A stretch of DNA of 64,000 nt from Clostridia bacterium. GTDB taxonomy: Bacteria > Bacillota > Clostridia > Peptostreptococcales > Acidaminobacteraceae. Positions 45,440 to 54,051 of the stretch are shown one piece after another. Made by a program: the position numbers and the translations under genes. Where the stretch lies: positions 10,880 through 74,879 of the forward strand of contig JAGYOH010000015.1 of NCBI GenBank assembly GCA_018399635.1, read 5' to 3'. Numbering within the stretch: the stretch's first letter is position 1; the number at the start of each line of letters is the position of its first letter. The notes under the pieces were generated by a model. That model did not search any database. It had not been told where the DNA came from and saw only the letters and a program-made list of their open reading frames with translations.

Positions 45440-46204
45440 TCATTCCACCTCCCCCAGGCATCGGTCACAGCCTTCATAACCAAACCGACTGATTCTATCC
45501 ATCATCAGGTTCGGATGCCCGGAACAGCCGATGCGACCCCGGTGCATGATATGGGCCTTGTCAAGACTCATGTGATCAATGATATGGCCGGAATGAGTGA
45601 TAATCAGTCCCGCCTTCCGCTTTGCCGGATGATTGTCATCCAGTGTGAACAGGCTATTGATGAGTTCCCTGACGTCACGCAGCGCCCCGGAATCCACACC
45701 TGAATCCGGTTCATCCAACATTGAAAATTCCGGTGACATCATCAATAGTTGCAAGAGTTCAGAACGCTTGATTTCGCCACCGGACAGCCCGGCGTTTACA
45801 GACCGGTCAAGGAATTCCTCCATTCCCGCTTTCTTCACATATGCAGCGATACGCTCAGCGTCCCCGATTCCTCTGTCGATCTGGTATGCCATGATGTTTC
45901 TGAGTCTCACGCCATCAATAGTGGGGGGACGCTGCCGGGCGATGGCGATGCCCATCCGCGCCCGTTCGTTAATCTCAAGATTCGTTATATCCCTCCCCTT
46001 GAAAACAATCCGGCCCCCAATAATCTTGTAGTTGGAAAAACCCATGATGGTCATCATCAGAGTGGTCTTGCCGCTGCCGTTCGGTCCGAGTAAAGCGTGG
46101 ACCTCTCCACAGGGAATCGTCAGATTCAATCCATCGATGATTCTTTTATCTCCGGCCTGGACGACCAGCTCCCTGATCTCCAGAATATTTCGATTTCCTG
46201 CCAT
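45440..46204 (-). CDS. sufC: Fe-S cluster assembly ATPase SufC
   Basis: LEIRELVVQAGDKRIIDGLNLTIPCGEVHALLGPNGSGKTTL, LSGGEIKRSELLQ, LDEPDSGVD. The ATG at 46204 follows AAGGAGG; the 33-aa track extension is spurious. The C-terminus carries CSGH...GCDRC. Confidence 0.92.
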   Translation of the reverse strand: MAGNRNILEIRELVVQAGDKRIIDGLNLTIPCGEVHALLGPNGSGKTTLMMTIMGFSNYKIIGGRIVFKGRDITNLEINERARMGIAIARQRPPTIDGVRLRNIMAYQIDRGIGDAERIAAYVKKAGMEEFLDRSVNAGLSGGEIKRSELLQLLMMSPEFSMLDEPDSGVDSGALRDVRELINSLFTLDDNHPAKRKAGLIITHSGHIIDHMSLDKAHIMHRGRIGCSGHPNLMMDRISRFGYEGCDRCLGEVE

Positions 46205-46286
46205 TCTTATGATTTCCTCCTTTGGATGAAATCCCGGGATTCTGCGGCATATCCTCACAACAGCCCCCTTGAAACCACTTTGTTTA

Positions 46287-46303
46287 ATGAGAAATATTCT
46301 CAT
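46287..46303. promoter_or_regulatory. 17-bp palindrome ATGAGAA-ATA-TTCTCAT (Fur-family-like box) just downstream of the suf -10
   Basis: Perfect 7-bp arms. The inner 15-mer TGAGAAATATTCTCA matches 11/14 defined positions of the 7-1-7 box TGATAATNATTATCA. Confidence 0.4.
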
Positions 46304-46307
46304 TTAT

Positions 46308-46335
46308 ATTCTACTATAAATATAATCCTTGTCAA
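46308..46335 (-). promoter_or_regulatory. sigma-A-type promoter for sufC-sufB/D
   Basis: Minus strand TTGACA-16 nt-TAGAAT. Confidence 0.55.
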
Positions 46336-46395
46336 TATGGTCCTCTACAGAACCTGACTTCCGGTCCTTCAGATGTTCTGACCGGACCCGGACCG

Positions 46396-46424
46396 TTGAC
46401 AAGAGTCTTTGACTTTGTTATATT
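46396..46424 (+). promoter_or_regulatory. sigma-A-type promoter for the lysine riboswitch and lysC
   Basis: TTGACA-17 nt-TATATT with a TG extended -10 (tTGtTATATT). Confidence 0.65.
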
Positions 46425-46447
46425 GAGAAAAATTATATAGGTGCATT

Positions 46448-46652
46448 AATAGAGGTTGCATCCGACAAGAGTACCTGTTCAAGGGAAAGGGGAGGTTGCC
46501 GAAATGGCCGAATCGGGCTGTTGGGTCTGCATTTAAGAGATGCAGGACTTTGGAGTTTCTATCCCAAAAGAAGCTTCAAGCGCTATTTTTGCGCAGGGAA
46601 AGCATAGTGTTGACGCTATAGGTTTCCTTTTGCCTATGGTTTTTATTTTTTT
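46448..46652 (+). promoter_or_regulatory. lysine riboswitch (L-box) with a terminator expression platform
   Basis: AATAGAGGTTGCATCC...GAGTACC...GGGAAAGGGGAGGTTGCCGAAA...CTGTTGGGTCTGCAT...ATGCAGGACTTTGGAGTTTCTAT matches conserved L-box blocks (AGAGG.GC, AGTA, GAAAGGGGAG..GCCGAA). It is followed by the CTATAGG/CCTATGG stem and T5AT6 (46616-46652). Confidence 0.8.
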
Positions 46653-46671
46653 AAGGAGGCCATCATTCATT

Positions 46672-47877
46672 ATGCAGACATCCGTAGTCAAATTCGGCGG
46701 CACCTCGGTGGGCACCACTCAAAAGATTCAGGTCATCGCCGAGAAACTGGTCAAAAGAAAGCGCCAGGGAGAATCCCTGGTTGTCGTGGTTTCAGCGATG
46801 GGGAAAAAGACCGACGAACTGGTGGACATGGCCAAGGCCATCACCCCCAATCCCGACAAGCGGGAAATGGACATGCTCCTCAGCACCGGTGAGCAGGTCA
46901 CCATCGCCCTCATGACCATGGCGATAAAATCCCTGGGAGTCAAGGCCATTTCACTGACGGGGGGACAGGCCAGAATCCTCACAGACACCACCCATTCCAA
47001 AGCCCGCATCCACAACATCGACCGGGAGAATATCGAGTCCCATCTGAAGGAAGACCATATCGTCGTGGTAGCGGGCTTTCAGGGCATCACTGAAAACGGC
47101 GATATCACCACCCTCGGAAGAGGCGGCTCCGACACCACCGCCGTATCCCTCGCCGCTGTCCTTGGTGCCGGGTGTGAAATCTACACCGATGTCGACGGGG
47201 TCTATACCATCGACCCCAGGAAATATCCCAGGGCCAAAAAACTCAAAACCATCGGCTATGATGAAATGCTCGAAATGGCCTCCCTCGGTGCCGGAGTCAT
47301 CGATGCCAGGGCCATTGAAATGGGTCATAAATACAAGGTCCCCATCACCATCGCCCTCAACACCATGGCGGTGGAAGGCACCTTGATCAAGGAGGTCACC
47401 CCCGAAATGGAAAAGAAAGCCGTCACCGGAATGTCCCTCAATGAAAACATCATCATGGTTTCCGTCAGCCAGCTCCCCTTCAATTCAAAAACCGTGGCAG
47501 AGGTCTTCAAAGAGATTTCCAATCACCATATCATCGTCGACATGATCAGTCTCACGCCTCCCATCGCCGGCAATGTGAGCATCGCCTTCACCATCGACAG
47601 GGACGACCTCAGCGAACTCAAGACCGTCCTTGAAGCCCTTAAAGAAAAAAATCCCACCTGCCGGTTCTCCTTCAACGAGGAACTGGTGATGGTCTCTGTA
47701 GTGGGGGTGGGCATGGTTTCCCAGTCCGGAGTCGCCTCAAGAGTCTTCAATATTTTTGCCGATAACGACATTCACTTCTACCAGGTCACCACCTCGGAAA
47801 TCAGCATCTCCTATACGATCCACCGGGATGATTTTTCCCTGGCGATTGAAAAAATCGCCGACGCCTTCGACCTCTGA
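46672..47877 (+). CDS. lysC: aspartate kinase (lysine-sensitive type, two ACT domains)
   Basis: MQTSVVKFGGTSVG..., VVVVSAMGKKTDELV, GRGGSDTTA. AAGGAGG SD. The track start at 46540 runs through the riboswitch and is spurious. Confidence 0.93.
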   Translation: MQTSVVKFGGTSVGTTQKIQVIAEKLVKRKRQGESLVVVVSAMGKKTDELVDMAKAITPNPDKREMDMLLSTGEQVTIALMTMAIKSLGVKAISLTGGQARILTDTTHSKARIHNIDRENIESHLKEDHIVVVAGFQGITENGDITTLGRGGSDTTAVSLAAVLGAGCEIYTDVDGVYTIDPRKYPRAKKLKTIGYDEMLEMASLGAGVIDARAIEMGHKYKVPITIALNTMAVEGTLIKEVTPEMEKKAVTGMSLNENIIMVSVSQLPFNSKTVAEVFKEISNHHIIVDMISLTPPIAGNVSIAFTIDRDDLSELKTVLEALKEKNPTCRFSFNEELVMVSVVGVGMVSQSGVASRVFNIFADNDIHFYQVTTSEISISYTIHRDDFSLAIEKIADAFDL

Positions 47878-47950
47878 TTCCACCGTTAAAAGATGGTGAA
47901 TCCCCACCCTCTCCATGGTATACTGGAAATGATCCCGGGAGGTGTCGCTG

Positions 47951-48160
47951 ATGAAAAATTTCGGAGTAATCAGTCTTATTGCAGGAATTGCTTTTGTGGT
48001 CGCCTTCAGTGCCCATGCCATCCTCACCGAGGCGGGTCTGCCCCTCCTGTTCAAGCTGGGCTTCCTGCTGATCGGCGGTGGCGCTCTTTTGATCCTGATC
48101 CAACAGATCAGGGACCGCAAGAAGGAAAAGGAGGAAGAAAATGATTATCGTCAATACTGA
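47951..48160 (+). CDS. small two-TM membrane protein, 69 aa
   Basis: MKNFGVISLIAGIAFVVAF...LLFKLGFLLIGGGALLILI, then a KKEKEEEN tail. GGGAGGTG SD 6 nt before the ATG. It overlaps the ybjQ start by 20 nt. Confidence 0.45.
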   Translation: MKNFGVISLIAGIAFVVAFSAHAILTEAGLPLLFKLGFLLIGGGALLILIQQIRDRKKEKEEENDYRQY

Positions 48161-48455
48161 TACCGTGGCCGGTCGAAAAGTGGTGATCTCCCTGGGCCTT
48201 GTGCGGGGAAGCACCATCCAGGCCAAGCACATCGGAAAAGACCTCATGGCGGGTTTGAAGACCCTGGTGGGGGGAGAAATCAAGGAATACACTGAAATGC
48301 TTGAAAGTGCCAGGCAGATCGCCCTCGGCCGCATGGTCAAGTCCGCCGAAGCCATGGAGGCCGACGCCATCATCAATGTCCGCTTCGCCACCTCCAGCAT
48401 CATGCAGGGTGCCGCCGAACTGCTGGTCTACGGCACCGCCGTCAAACTCGATTAA
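48141..48455 (+). CDS. ybjQ: YbjQ/UPF0145-family protein
   Basis: 104 aa. ...GLVRGSTIQAKHIGKDLMAGLKTLVGGEIKEYTEML..AR..AL.RM...A..MEADAIINVRF. Confidence 0.88.
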   Translation: MIIVNTDTVAGRKVVISLGLVRGSTIQAKHIGKDLMAGLKTLVGGEIKEYTEMLESARQIALGRMVKSAEAMEADAIINVRFATSSIMQGAAELLVYGTAVKLD

Positions 48456-48458
48456 AGC

Positions 48459-48491
48459 ACAAAAATCTCGATGAGAACCATCGAGATTTTT
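48459..48491. terminator. bidirectional intrinsic terminator between ybjQ and capA
   Basis: AAATCTCGATG-agaac-CATCGAGATTT (11-bp stem), with a T-run downstream and an A-rich run upstream. Confidence 0.75.
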
Positions 48492-48515
48492 TTCGTTTTC
48501 GCCACTCTGAAAATC

Positions 48516-49598
48516 CTAGGGCATCAGGGACCGGAACTTTGTCAGAAGCTTTTCAATGTGGTCCATTTCCCCTTCATCGATGAATTCATGAGCCCTCAAA
48601 TCCCCCCTGAGAGCGATGACGCGGTAGTTGTACACCCCCGCGTCCCGCTGGTTGACCCAGGTGGGAATCAGGTCGACATTTCTGAAAACGATGCCATCAG
48701 GGGTTTTTTCAAGGGTGACGTCCACCATCATTCCCAGGTCCTTGAAGCCGTCCCGCTGGTTGGATACGAAATTCCCCAGCGAGTAGACGGTGAGGCTCTC
48801 TTCTTCCACCAGGACGGGTTGGACCACATGGGGGTGTGATCCGATGATCAGATCGTAGCCGATCTCCCTGGCCACCGCCTGCAGATGCCGCTGGGTACTG
48901 TCCGGCTCGAATTGATATTCACTGCCCCAGTGAAAAAATACCACTTCAACATCGCTGCCCCGGCTCACCATGGTCTCGTGGTCCCTTCTGAGCAGGTCCT
49001 CACTGATGAGATTCACCGCAGTCCGGTCCACCGGCCCCATACCGTTGATGCCATAGGTCATGTTGGTGATTCCCAGGCTGACACGGTTGATTCTGATCAT
49101 GAGGGGCTCTGACTCCTCCGGGCTCCTGAAGGTCCCGGTATGGACGAGTCCGGCCTCCTCAAGGGCATCGAGGGTGGCGACCACCCCTTCATCCCTGTCA
49201 TCGTAGGCGTGATTGTTGGCGGTCACCACTCCGTCAAAAAAAGAATCCTTGATCCCCCTTGCCAGAGCAACCGGCGACCTGAACCTCGGATAGCCCGAAT
49301 AGTCCCCTCCCCTGGTCAGGGTGGTTTCTAGATTGACCAAGGAAAAATCAGCCCCCCTGAGATAGGAGGTCACAGGCTGGAAAATCCGGCTGAAATCACC
49401 TCCCTCCTGATAAAGCACGCTGTTCACCGTGGGCATGTGCATCATGAGGTCCCCGGCAAAAATCAGCCGGGCACTGTTGTATTTTCGATTCATCAAAAGG
49501 ATATGCTCCCGGTTCATTCCCTCCCGGTCCGCCAGACCAAGGCTTCCCGGCATCGATATCCAAAGCATCAAGACAATCAGAACAATGACACGTTTCAT
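48516..49598 (-). CDS. CapA/PGA_cap-family metallophosphoesterase-like protein, secreted
   Basis: Signal peptide MKRVIVLIVLMLWISMPGSLGLA. ...FAGDLM...NLET...ANNHAYD...GSHPHVVQP. The ATG at 49598 follows GGGGGAAAGGGG. Confidence 0.85.
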   Translation of the reverse strand: MKRVIVLIVLMLWISMPGSLGLADREGMNREHILLMNRKYNSARLIFAGDLMMHMPTVNSVLYQEGGDFSRIFQPVTSYLRGADFSLVNLETTLTRGGDYSGYPRFRSPVALARGIKDSFFDGVVTANNHAYDDRDEGVVATLDALEEAGLVHTGTFRSPEESEPLMIRINRVSLGITNMTYGINGMGPVDRTAVNLISEDLLRRDHETMVSRGSDVEVVFFHWGSEYQFEPDSTQRHLQAVAREIGYDLIIGSHPHVVQPVLVEEESLTVYSLGNFVSNQRDGFKDLGMMVDVTLEKTPDGIVFRNVDLIPTWVNQRDAGVYNYRVIALRGDLRAHEFIDEGEMDHIEKLLTKFRSLMP

Positions 49599-49615
49599 AA
49601 AACCCCTTTCCCCCA

Positions 49616-51562
49616 TCAGTTGGAAACCCATCTTTTTTCACTGCGTTCTTTTTTAAGCCGCTTCATGAAGGCGGCCATGATTTTATGGTACAGTTCCTCC
49701 TTCAGCACCAGATCCTCGATTCCCGAATCAATGTTGGGATTGTCATTGATCTCAATCACATAGACCCTTGACCCGTATTCCTTGAAATCCACCCCGTACA
49801 GACCGTCGCCGATGAGACTGGCGGCAGCCACGGCGGTCTCCACCACCTTCCGGGGCACCTGGTCAAGGGGCAGGGTTTCTGTCCTCCCCCAAAGCTCAGT
49901 GTCCTTTTCAGCCTGATAGTTGACGATCTGCCAATGATCCTTGGCCATGTAGTAACGGCAGGCATAGAGGGGTTCCTTGTCGAGGACGCCGATGCGCCAG
50001 TCGTATTCAGAGGGAAGAAACTCCTGGCCGATGATCAGATCGGATTGTTCAAAGAGTCCGTCCAGAATCCCTTGCAGTTCCTCTTCATTCTTCACCTTGT
50101 GGACCCCCCTGGAAAAGGCGCTGTCCGGCTGCTTGACCACCATGGGGAACTGGCGGTCTCCCTGCCTCTCCATCCCCTTGAAGAAGACCCTTCCCCGGGG
50201 GGTGGGAATGCGTCCCCTGGCCATTCTTTCCTGAAGAAAGAGTTTGTTGGAGCACTGGGAAATGGACCAGGGATCATCAATGACCACCAGCCCCTGGGCA
50301 TAGGCGAATCTGGAAAACTGATAGGTATAGTCCTTCACGTTGGTGGTGGTGCGGATGAAAAGCGCGTCAAACTCCGGAATTCTGGAAAAGTCCTTTTTCG
50401 TGATGATCTCAGTATAGAATCCGATCCGATTAGCCGCCTTTTCAAATTTCGCCAGAGCCTGGGAATCGGAGGGGGGATTGATTTCTTCCGGGTCTACCAG
50501 GATGGCCAGATCATAGCGGTAGTTGGTCAACTGACCCTTCGAAAACCGCTTCTGCAAAAAATACGCCCTGGCAAAGCCCTCGATTCTACCGAGTTCTTCC
50601 TCTGTGAGATCGTGATAGGGCAGGGGCTTCGCCTGTTTCAACTGCCATTCACCCTCCTGTTTGATGAAATCCAGGACCAGCAGCGGCGATTCAAACAAGC
50701 GGTACATTTCCCTGGCCAGCCGGCCCATCCCCCGCTCTAGGGTATGCCCGAAGAAAATCTTCAAACGGTAGTTGTCATCCTCCAGAGCATTCAAAGTCGT
50801 CTGAACCAGTTCCCACTCTTCATCCAGAAGGCTGTTGACAATTTCCTGGTGGGTGAAATCCTCCATGGTGATGACATTGGGGATGACCCGGAAATTCCTG
50901 GCCGAGGCCAGGAGTGACACGTAATAGCCCAGGGTCTGATACTCATAGGAACTGCAGAAATTGAAAATCCTCGCATTTTTCATCCTCTGGTAGCGGGGGT
51001 CCGTGATGAAATCCATGGCCGTAATCTTTTCAACCCCTTCAAGGCCTTCGAGCCATGAATCCATCTGGTCGGTCACCAGATAATTCTTGATTCTGGAGGG
51101 CTTGGTCCAGGGCACTTGGACCTGAATCTCCTGGAGCATTCTGTAGGCGTGAAGAGTCTTTCCATAGTAGTCCGGGAGTTTCTCTAAAACCGTGAATCCC
51201 AGGAATTCATACCAGTTGATCAGTTTGTCATTGGCGGCATCGGCTTCAAGGGTCATTCTCCTGCAACCGGCCTTGATAGCGATTTGACGCGCCTTGTCCA
51301 CCATGGCCCTCCCGAGGCCTCTCCCCTCATGGTTCTTCTCTACGGCGATGGAAAAAATCCTCAAGGTAGTCTTGTGTATCCTCAGAATCATCGCCCCGAG
51401 AGGGACTCCCTCAGAAAATGCCACATGGACCTGCTGGTGGGGACTCAGAATACTGTGCTTCAAAGAGCGCTTCGAGGACCTCAAGGGGGGGAGGAAATTC
51501 GAAACTTCCAGGGCTAGAATGAAGTCCAGATCCGCCAGGGTCGCTTTTCTGATTTCAACCAT
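49616..51562 (-). CDS. fusion protein: N-terminal GNAT acetyltransferase, RimK-like N-terminal (RLAN-type) region and RimK-type ATP-grasp ligase
   Basis: 648 aa. GNAT block ...IFSIAVEKNHEGRGLGRAMVDKA. Middle ...NFCSSYEYQTLGYYVSLLASARNFRVIPNV. ATP-grasp C-terminus ...PMVVKQPDSAFSRGV...IGQEFL...YDWRIGVL...YVIEINDNP. The ATG at 51562 follows GAGGG and overlaps the sulP stop by 8 nt. Confidence 0.85.
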   Translation of the reverse strand: MVEIRKATLADLDFILALEVSNFLPPLRSSKRSLKHSILSPHQQVHVAFSEGVPLGAMILRIHKTTLRIFSIAVEKNHEGRGLGRAMVDKARQIAIKAGCRRMTLEADAANDKLINWYEFLGFTVLEKLPDYYGKTLHAYRMLQEIQVQVPWTKPSRIKNYLVTDQMDSWLEGLEGVEKITAMDFITDPRYQRMKNARIFNFCSSYEYQTLGYYVSLLASARNFRVIPNVITMEDFTHQEIVNSLLDEEWELVQTTLNALEDDNYRLKIFFGHTLERGMGRLAREMYRLFESPLLVLDFIKQEGEWQLKQAKPLPYHDLTEEELGRIEGFARAYFLQKRFSKGQLTNYRYDLAILVDPEEINPPSDSQALAKFEKAANRIGFYTEIITKKDFSRIPEFDALFIRTTTNVKDYTYQFSRFAYAQGLVVIDDPWSISQCSNKLFLQERMARGRIPTPRGRVFFKGMERQGDRQFPMVVKQPDSAFSRGVHKVKNEEELQGILDGLFEQSDLIIGQEFLPSEYDWRIGVLDKEPLYACRYYMAKDHWQIVNYQAEKDTELWGRTETLPLDQVPRKVVETAVAAASLIGDGLYGVDFKEYGSRVYVIEINDNPNIDSGIEDLVLKEELYHKIMAAFMKRLKKERSEKRWVSN

Positions 51563-53222
51563 GGTGTTCCCTCTTGATGACCTCATTGGCATAGGCCAGG
51601 GCTTCCTCCATCTGAGAGAAAATCCTGTCCTCCCCGATCAATTCGATGAGCCGGGTTTTTTTGAGGACCTCCAGGGGCTGGGGCTGGATTCCGGAAATCA
51701 GCAGGATGATCCCCCGGTGCTCGCAGATCCCCACAAACCGCTTGAGGGCCAGGACCGCCGTGATGTCGAGATTGCTGACATACCGCATTCTAAGCAGTAT
51801 GACCCTGGCCTTCTGGTGGACCTTGCCCAGCACATCGATGAACCGGTCCGCCGCACCGAAAAACAAGGGGCCGTTGATCTGGTAGACTTGAATCTCCCTG
51901 GTGCTTGGAAAGCCATCCATGGCGTGGCGTTCCTCTTCGTCCTCCTCCCCCGCATCGGCGGTGATGAGCTTTATATCCGTGGTTGAGGCCATCCTTTTCA
52001 TGAAAAGAAGGGAGGAAAGAATCATCCCCACCTCGATGGCCTTGACCAGATCCACCACCACCGTGAGGACAAAGGTGACCCAAAGAATCAGAATATCCGA
52101 TTTCGGAGATTTGAAGAGTTCCACCATTTCACTGAGGGCGCTCATGTTGTAGGCGACCAAAAAGAGCACCGCCGCCAGGGCTGTCATGGGAATCAGCTTT
52201 GCCAGGGGCATGAAGAAGATGAGTATCACCAGCAGGGTCAGGGCGTGGACGATTCCTGCCACCGGGGTTCTGCCGCCGTTGTTGATGTTGGTCACGGTTC
52301 TGGCAATGGCACCGGTGGCGGGGATGCCTCCGAAAAGCCCTGAGGCGATGTTGGCAGTTCCCTGGGCGACAAGCTCCATGTTGGACCGGTGCCTGGTCCC
52401 GAGCATGCCGTCTGAAACCACCGCCGACAGGAGGGATTCGATCGCCCCCAGGATGGCGATGGTGAAGGCCGGCAACAGCAGCATCCGAACCGTGGTCAAG
52501 TCGGTTTTCGGAAAGCTGAAGGTGGGAAGGGCCGAAGAAATTTCACCAAAACGGTCGCCGATGGTCTCGACGGGCAGGCCAAGGACCTTGACCCCGATAG
52601 AGGTGATGACGATGGCGATCAGGGCTCCTGGAATTTTTGTGGATATCCTGGGCCAGAAAACCATGATTCCCAGGGACACCAGGCCGACCAGGACCGTGTT
52701 CCCATCCACGGCGTCGAAGTTCCGGACGATCAAAAGCCATTTCCCGATGAAATCCACCGGCATGTTCTTGAGATTCATGCCGAGAAAATCATTGATCTGG
52801 CTGGTGAAAATCACGAGCCCGATTCCCGTGGTAAAGCCCCGGGTGATGGGATAGGGAATGAATTTGATGATCCCCCCCATTTTGAACAGACCCATGAGAA
52901 TCAAGATGACGCCCGCCATGACGGTGGCGATCATCAGGCCTTCGATGCCGAACTCCAGGACGATGCCGTAGACGATTACCATGAAGGCGCCGGTGGGTCC
53001 GCCGATCTGCACCCGGCTTCCCCCCAGAAGAGAGATTAAAAATCCAGCGATGATGGCGGTATGGATCCCCTTTTCCGGGGTCACCCCGGAGGCGATCCCC
53101 AAAGCGATGGACAGAGGCAGGGCCACAATGGCGACAATGATGCCGGCGATGAAATCCTTGATGAACTGCTCACGGGTGTAGCCCTTCAGGGTGGTCATGA
53201 TTTTAGGTCGTAAAATGGACAA
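51555..53222 (-). CDS. SulP-family anion transporter with a C-terminal STAS domain
   Basis: 555 aa. ...DFIAGIIVAIVALPLSIALGIASG..., with a STAS region at the C-terminus. Start is the TTG at 53222 (GAAGG SD) or the ATG at 53198. Confidence 0.92.
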   Translation of the reverse strand: MSILRPKIMTTLKGYTREQFIKDFIAGIIVAIVALPLSIALGIASGVTPEKGIHTAIIAGFLISLLGGSRVQIGGPTGAFMVIVYGIVLEFGIEGLMIATVMAGVILILMGLFKMGGIIKFIPYPITRGFTTGIGLVIFTSQINDFLGMNLKNMPVDFIGKWLLIVRNFDAVDGNTVLVGLVSLGIMVFWPRISTKIPGALIAIVITSIGVKVLGLPVETIGDRFGEISSALPTFSFPKTDLTTVRMLLLPAFTIAILGAIESLLSAVVSDGMLGTRHRSNMELVAQGTANIASGLFGGIPATGAIARTVTNINNGGRTPVAGIVHALTLLVILIFFMPLAKLIPMTALAAVLFLVAYNMSALSEMVELFKSPKSDILILWVTFVLTVVVDLVKAIEVGMILSSLLFMKRMASTTDIKLITADAGEEDEEERHAMDGFPSTREIQVYQINGPLFFGAADRFIDVLGKVHQKARVILLRMRYVSNLDITAVLALKRFVGICEHRGIILLISGIQPQPLEVLKKTRLIELIGEDRIFSQMEEALAYANEVIKREHHG

Positions 53223-53298
53223 TTCGGCGCCTTCTTTCTAGAAATTTCAAATGCAACAAGTAGATTTTATGCTTTTTTTCCAAAAAATCAAGCCATTT

Positions 53299-54051
53299 TT
53301 ACAACCACCAGCCGAAGAGTTTCCCCGCCATGACGAACATGGCCAGGGCGATCACCAGACGAACGGCTTTTTCCCCCTTGGCCATGGCGAAATGGGATCC
53401 CAGGAAGGCCCCCAGGGAATTGCCCACGGCCAGAAACAGGCCAAGGAAGAGCTGCACGTGGCCACCCATGATGAAGACCACCAGGGCCACAGAGGTATAC
53501 ATGGCAATGATCCCCACCTTGATGCTGTTGACCTGGACCAGGGAGAGTCCCGTCAGCATGCTCAGGGCCAGGATCATGATGAAGCCGATTCCCGCCTGGA
53601 TGAAGCCGCCGTAGAGGCCCACGAAAAAAAACACGATCGGTCCGATGACCTTGGTTCTGCCCCCCAGTTCCTCCCTCACCGTGTTTTTCATCCAGCGCTT
53701 CTGGGGCTCGGTGACGATCAGAATGAGCACCACCACCATGATCACCCCGAGAATCCGGTTGAATACATCGTCGGAGAGGTTGATGGCCAGATTGGACCCC
53801 ACCACAGATCCGATGGTGGCGGGAATGCCTAGCCACAGCAGCAGTTTCGGATAAAAGATCCCCTTTTTTTTGAAGGTCATGGTCCCCATGATGTTTTGGG
53901 CCAGCAGGGCCACGCGATTGGTCCCGTTGGCCGTGGCAGAGGGCAGTCCCATGAAGATCAGAAGCGGCAGGGTGATCAGAGAGCCTCCCCCTGCCAGGGT
54001 GTTGATGAATCCAGCAAGGACCCCCGCCCCTAATACCAGTATGTATATCAT
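53299..54051 (-). CDS. TauE/SafE-family sulfite/anion exporter
   Basis: 250 aa, 7-8 TM, AGFINTLAGGGS motif. ATGA-type overlap with the tag stop. Confidence 0.88.
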   Translation of the reverse strand: MIYILVLGAGVLAGFINTLAGGGSLITLPLLIFMGLPSATANGTNRVALLAQNIMGTMTFKKKGIFYPKLLLWLGIPATIGSVVGSNLAINLSDDVFNRILGVIMVVVLILIVTEPQKRWMKNTVREELGGRTKVIGPIVFFFVGLYGGFIQAGIGFIMILALSMLTGLSLVQVNSIKVGIIAMYTSVALVVFIMGGHVQLFLGLFLAVGNSLGAFLGSHFAMAKGEKAVRLVIALAMFVMAGKLFGWWL

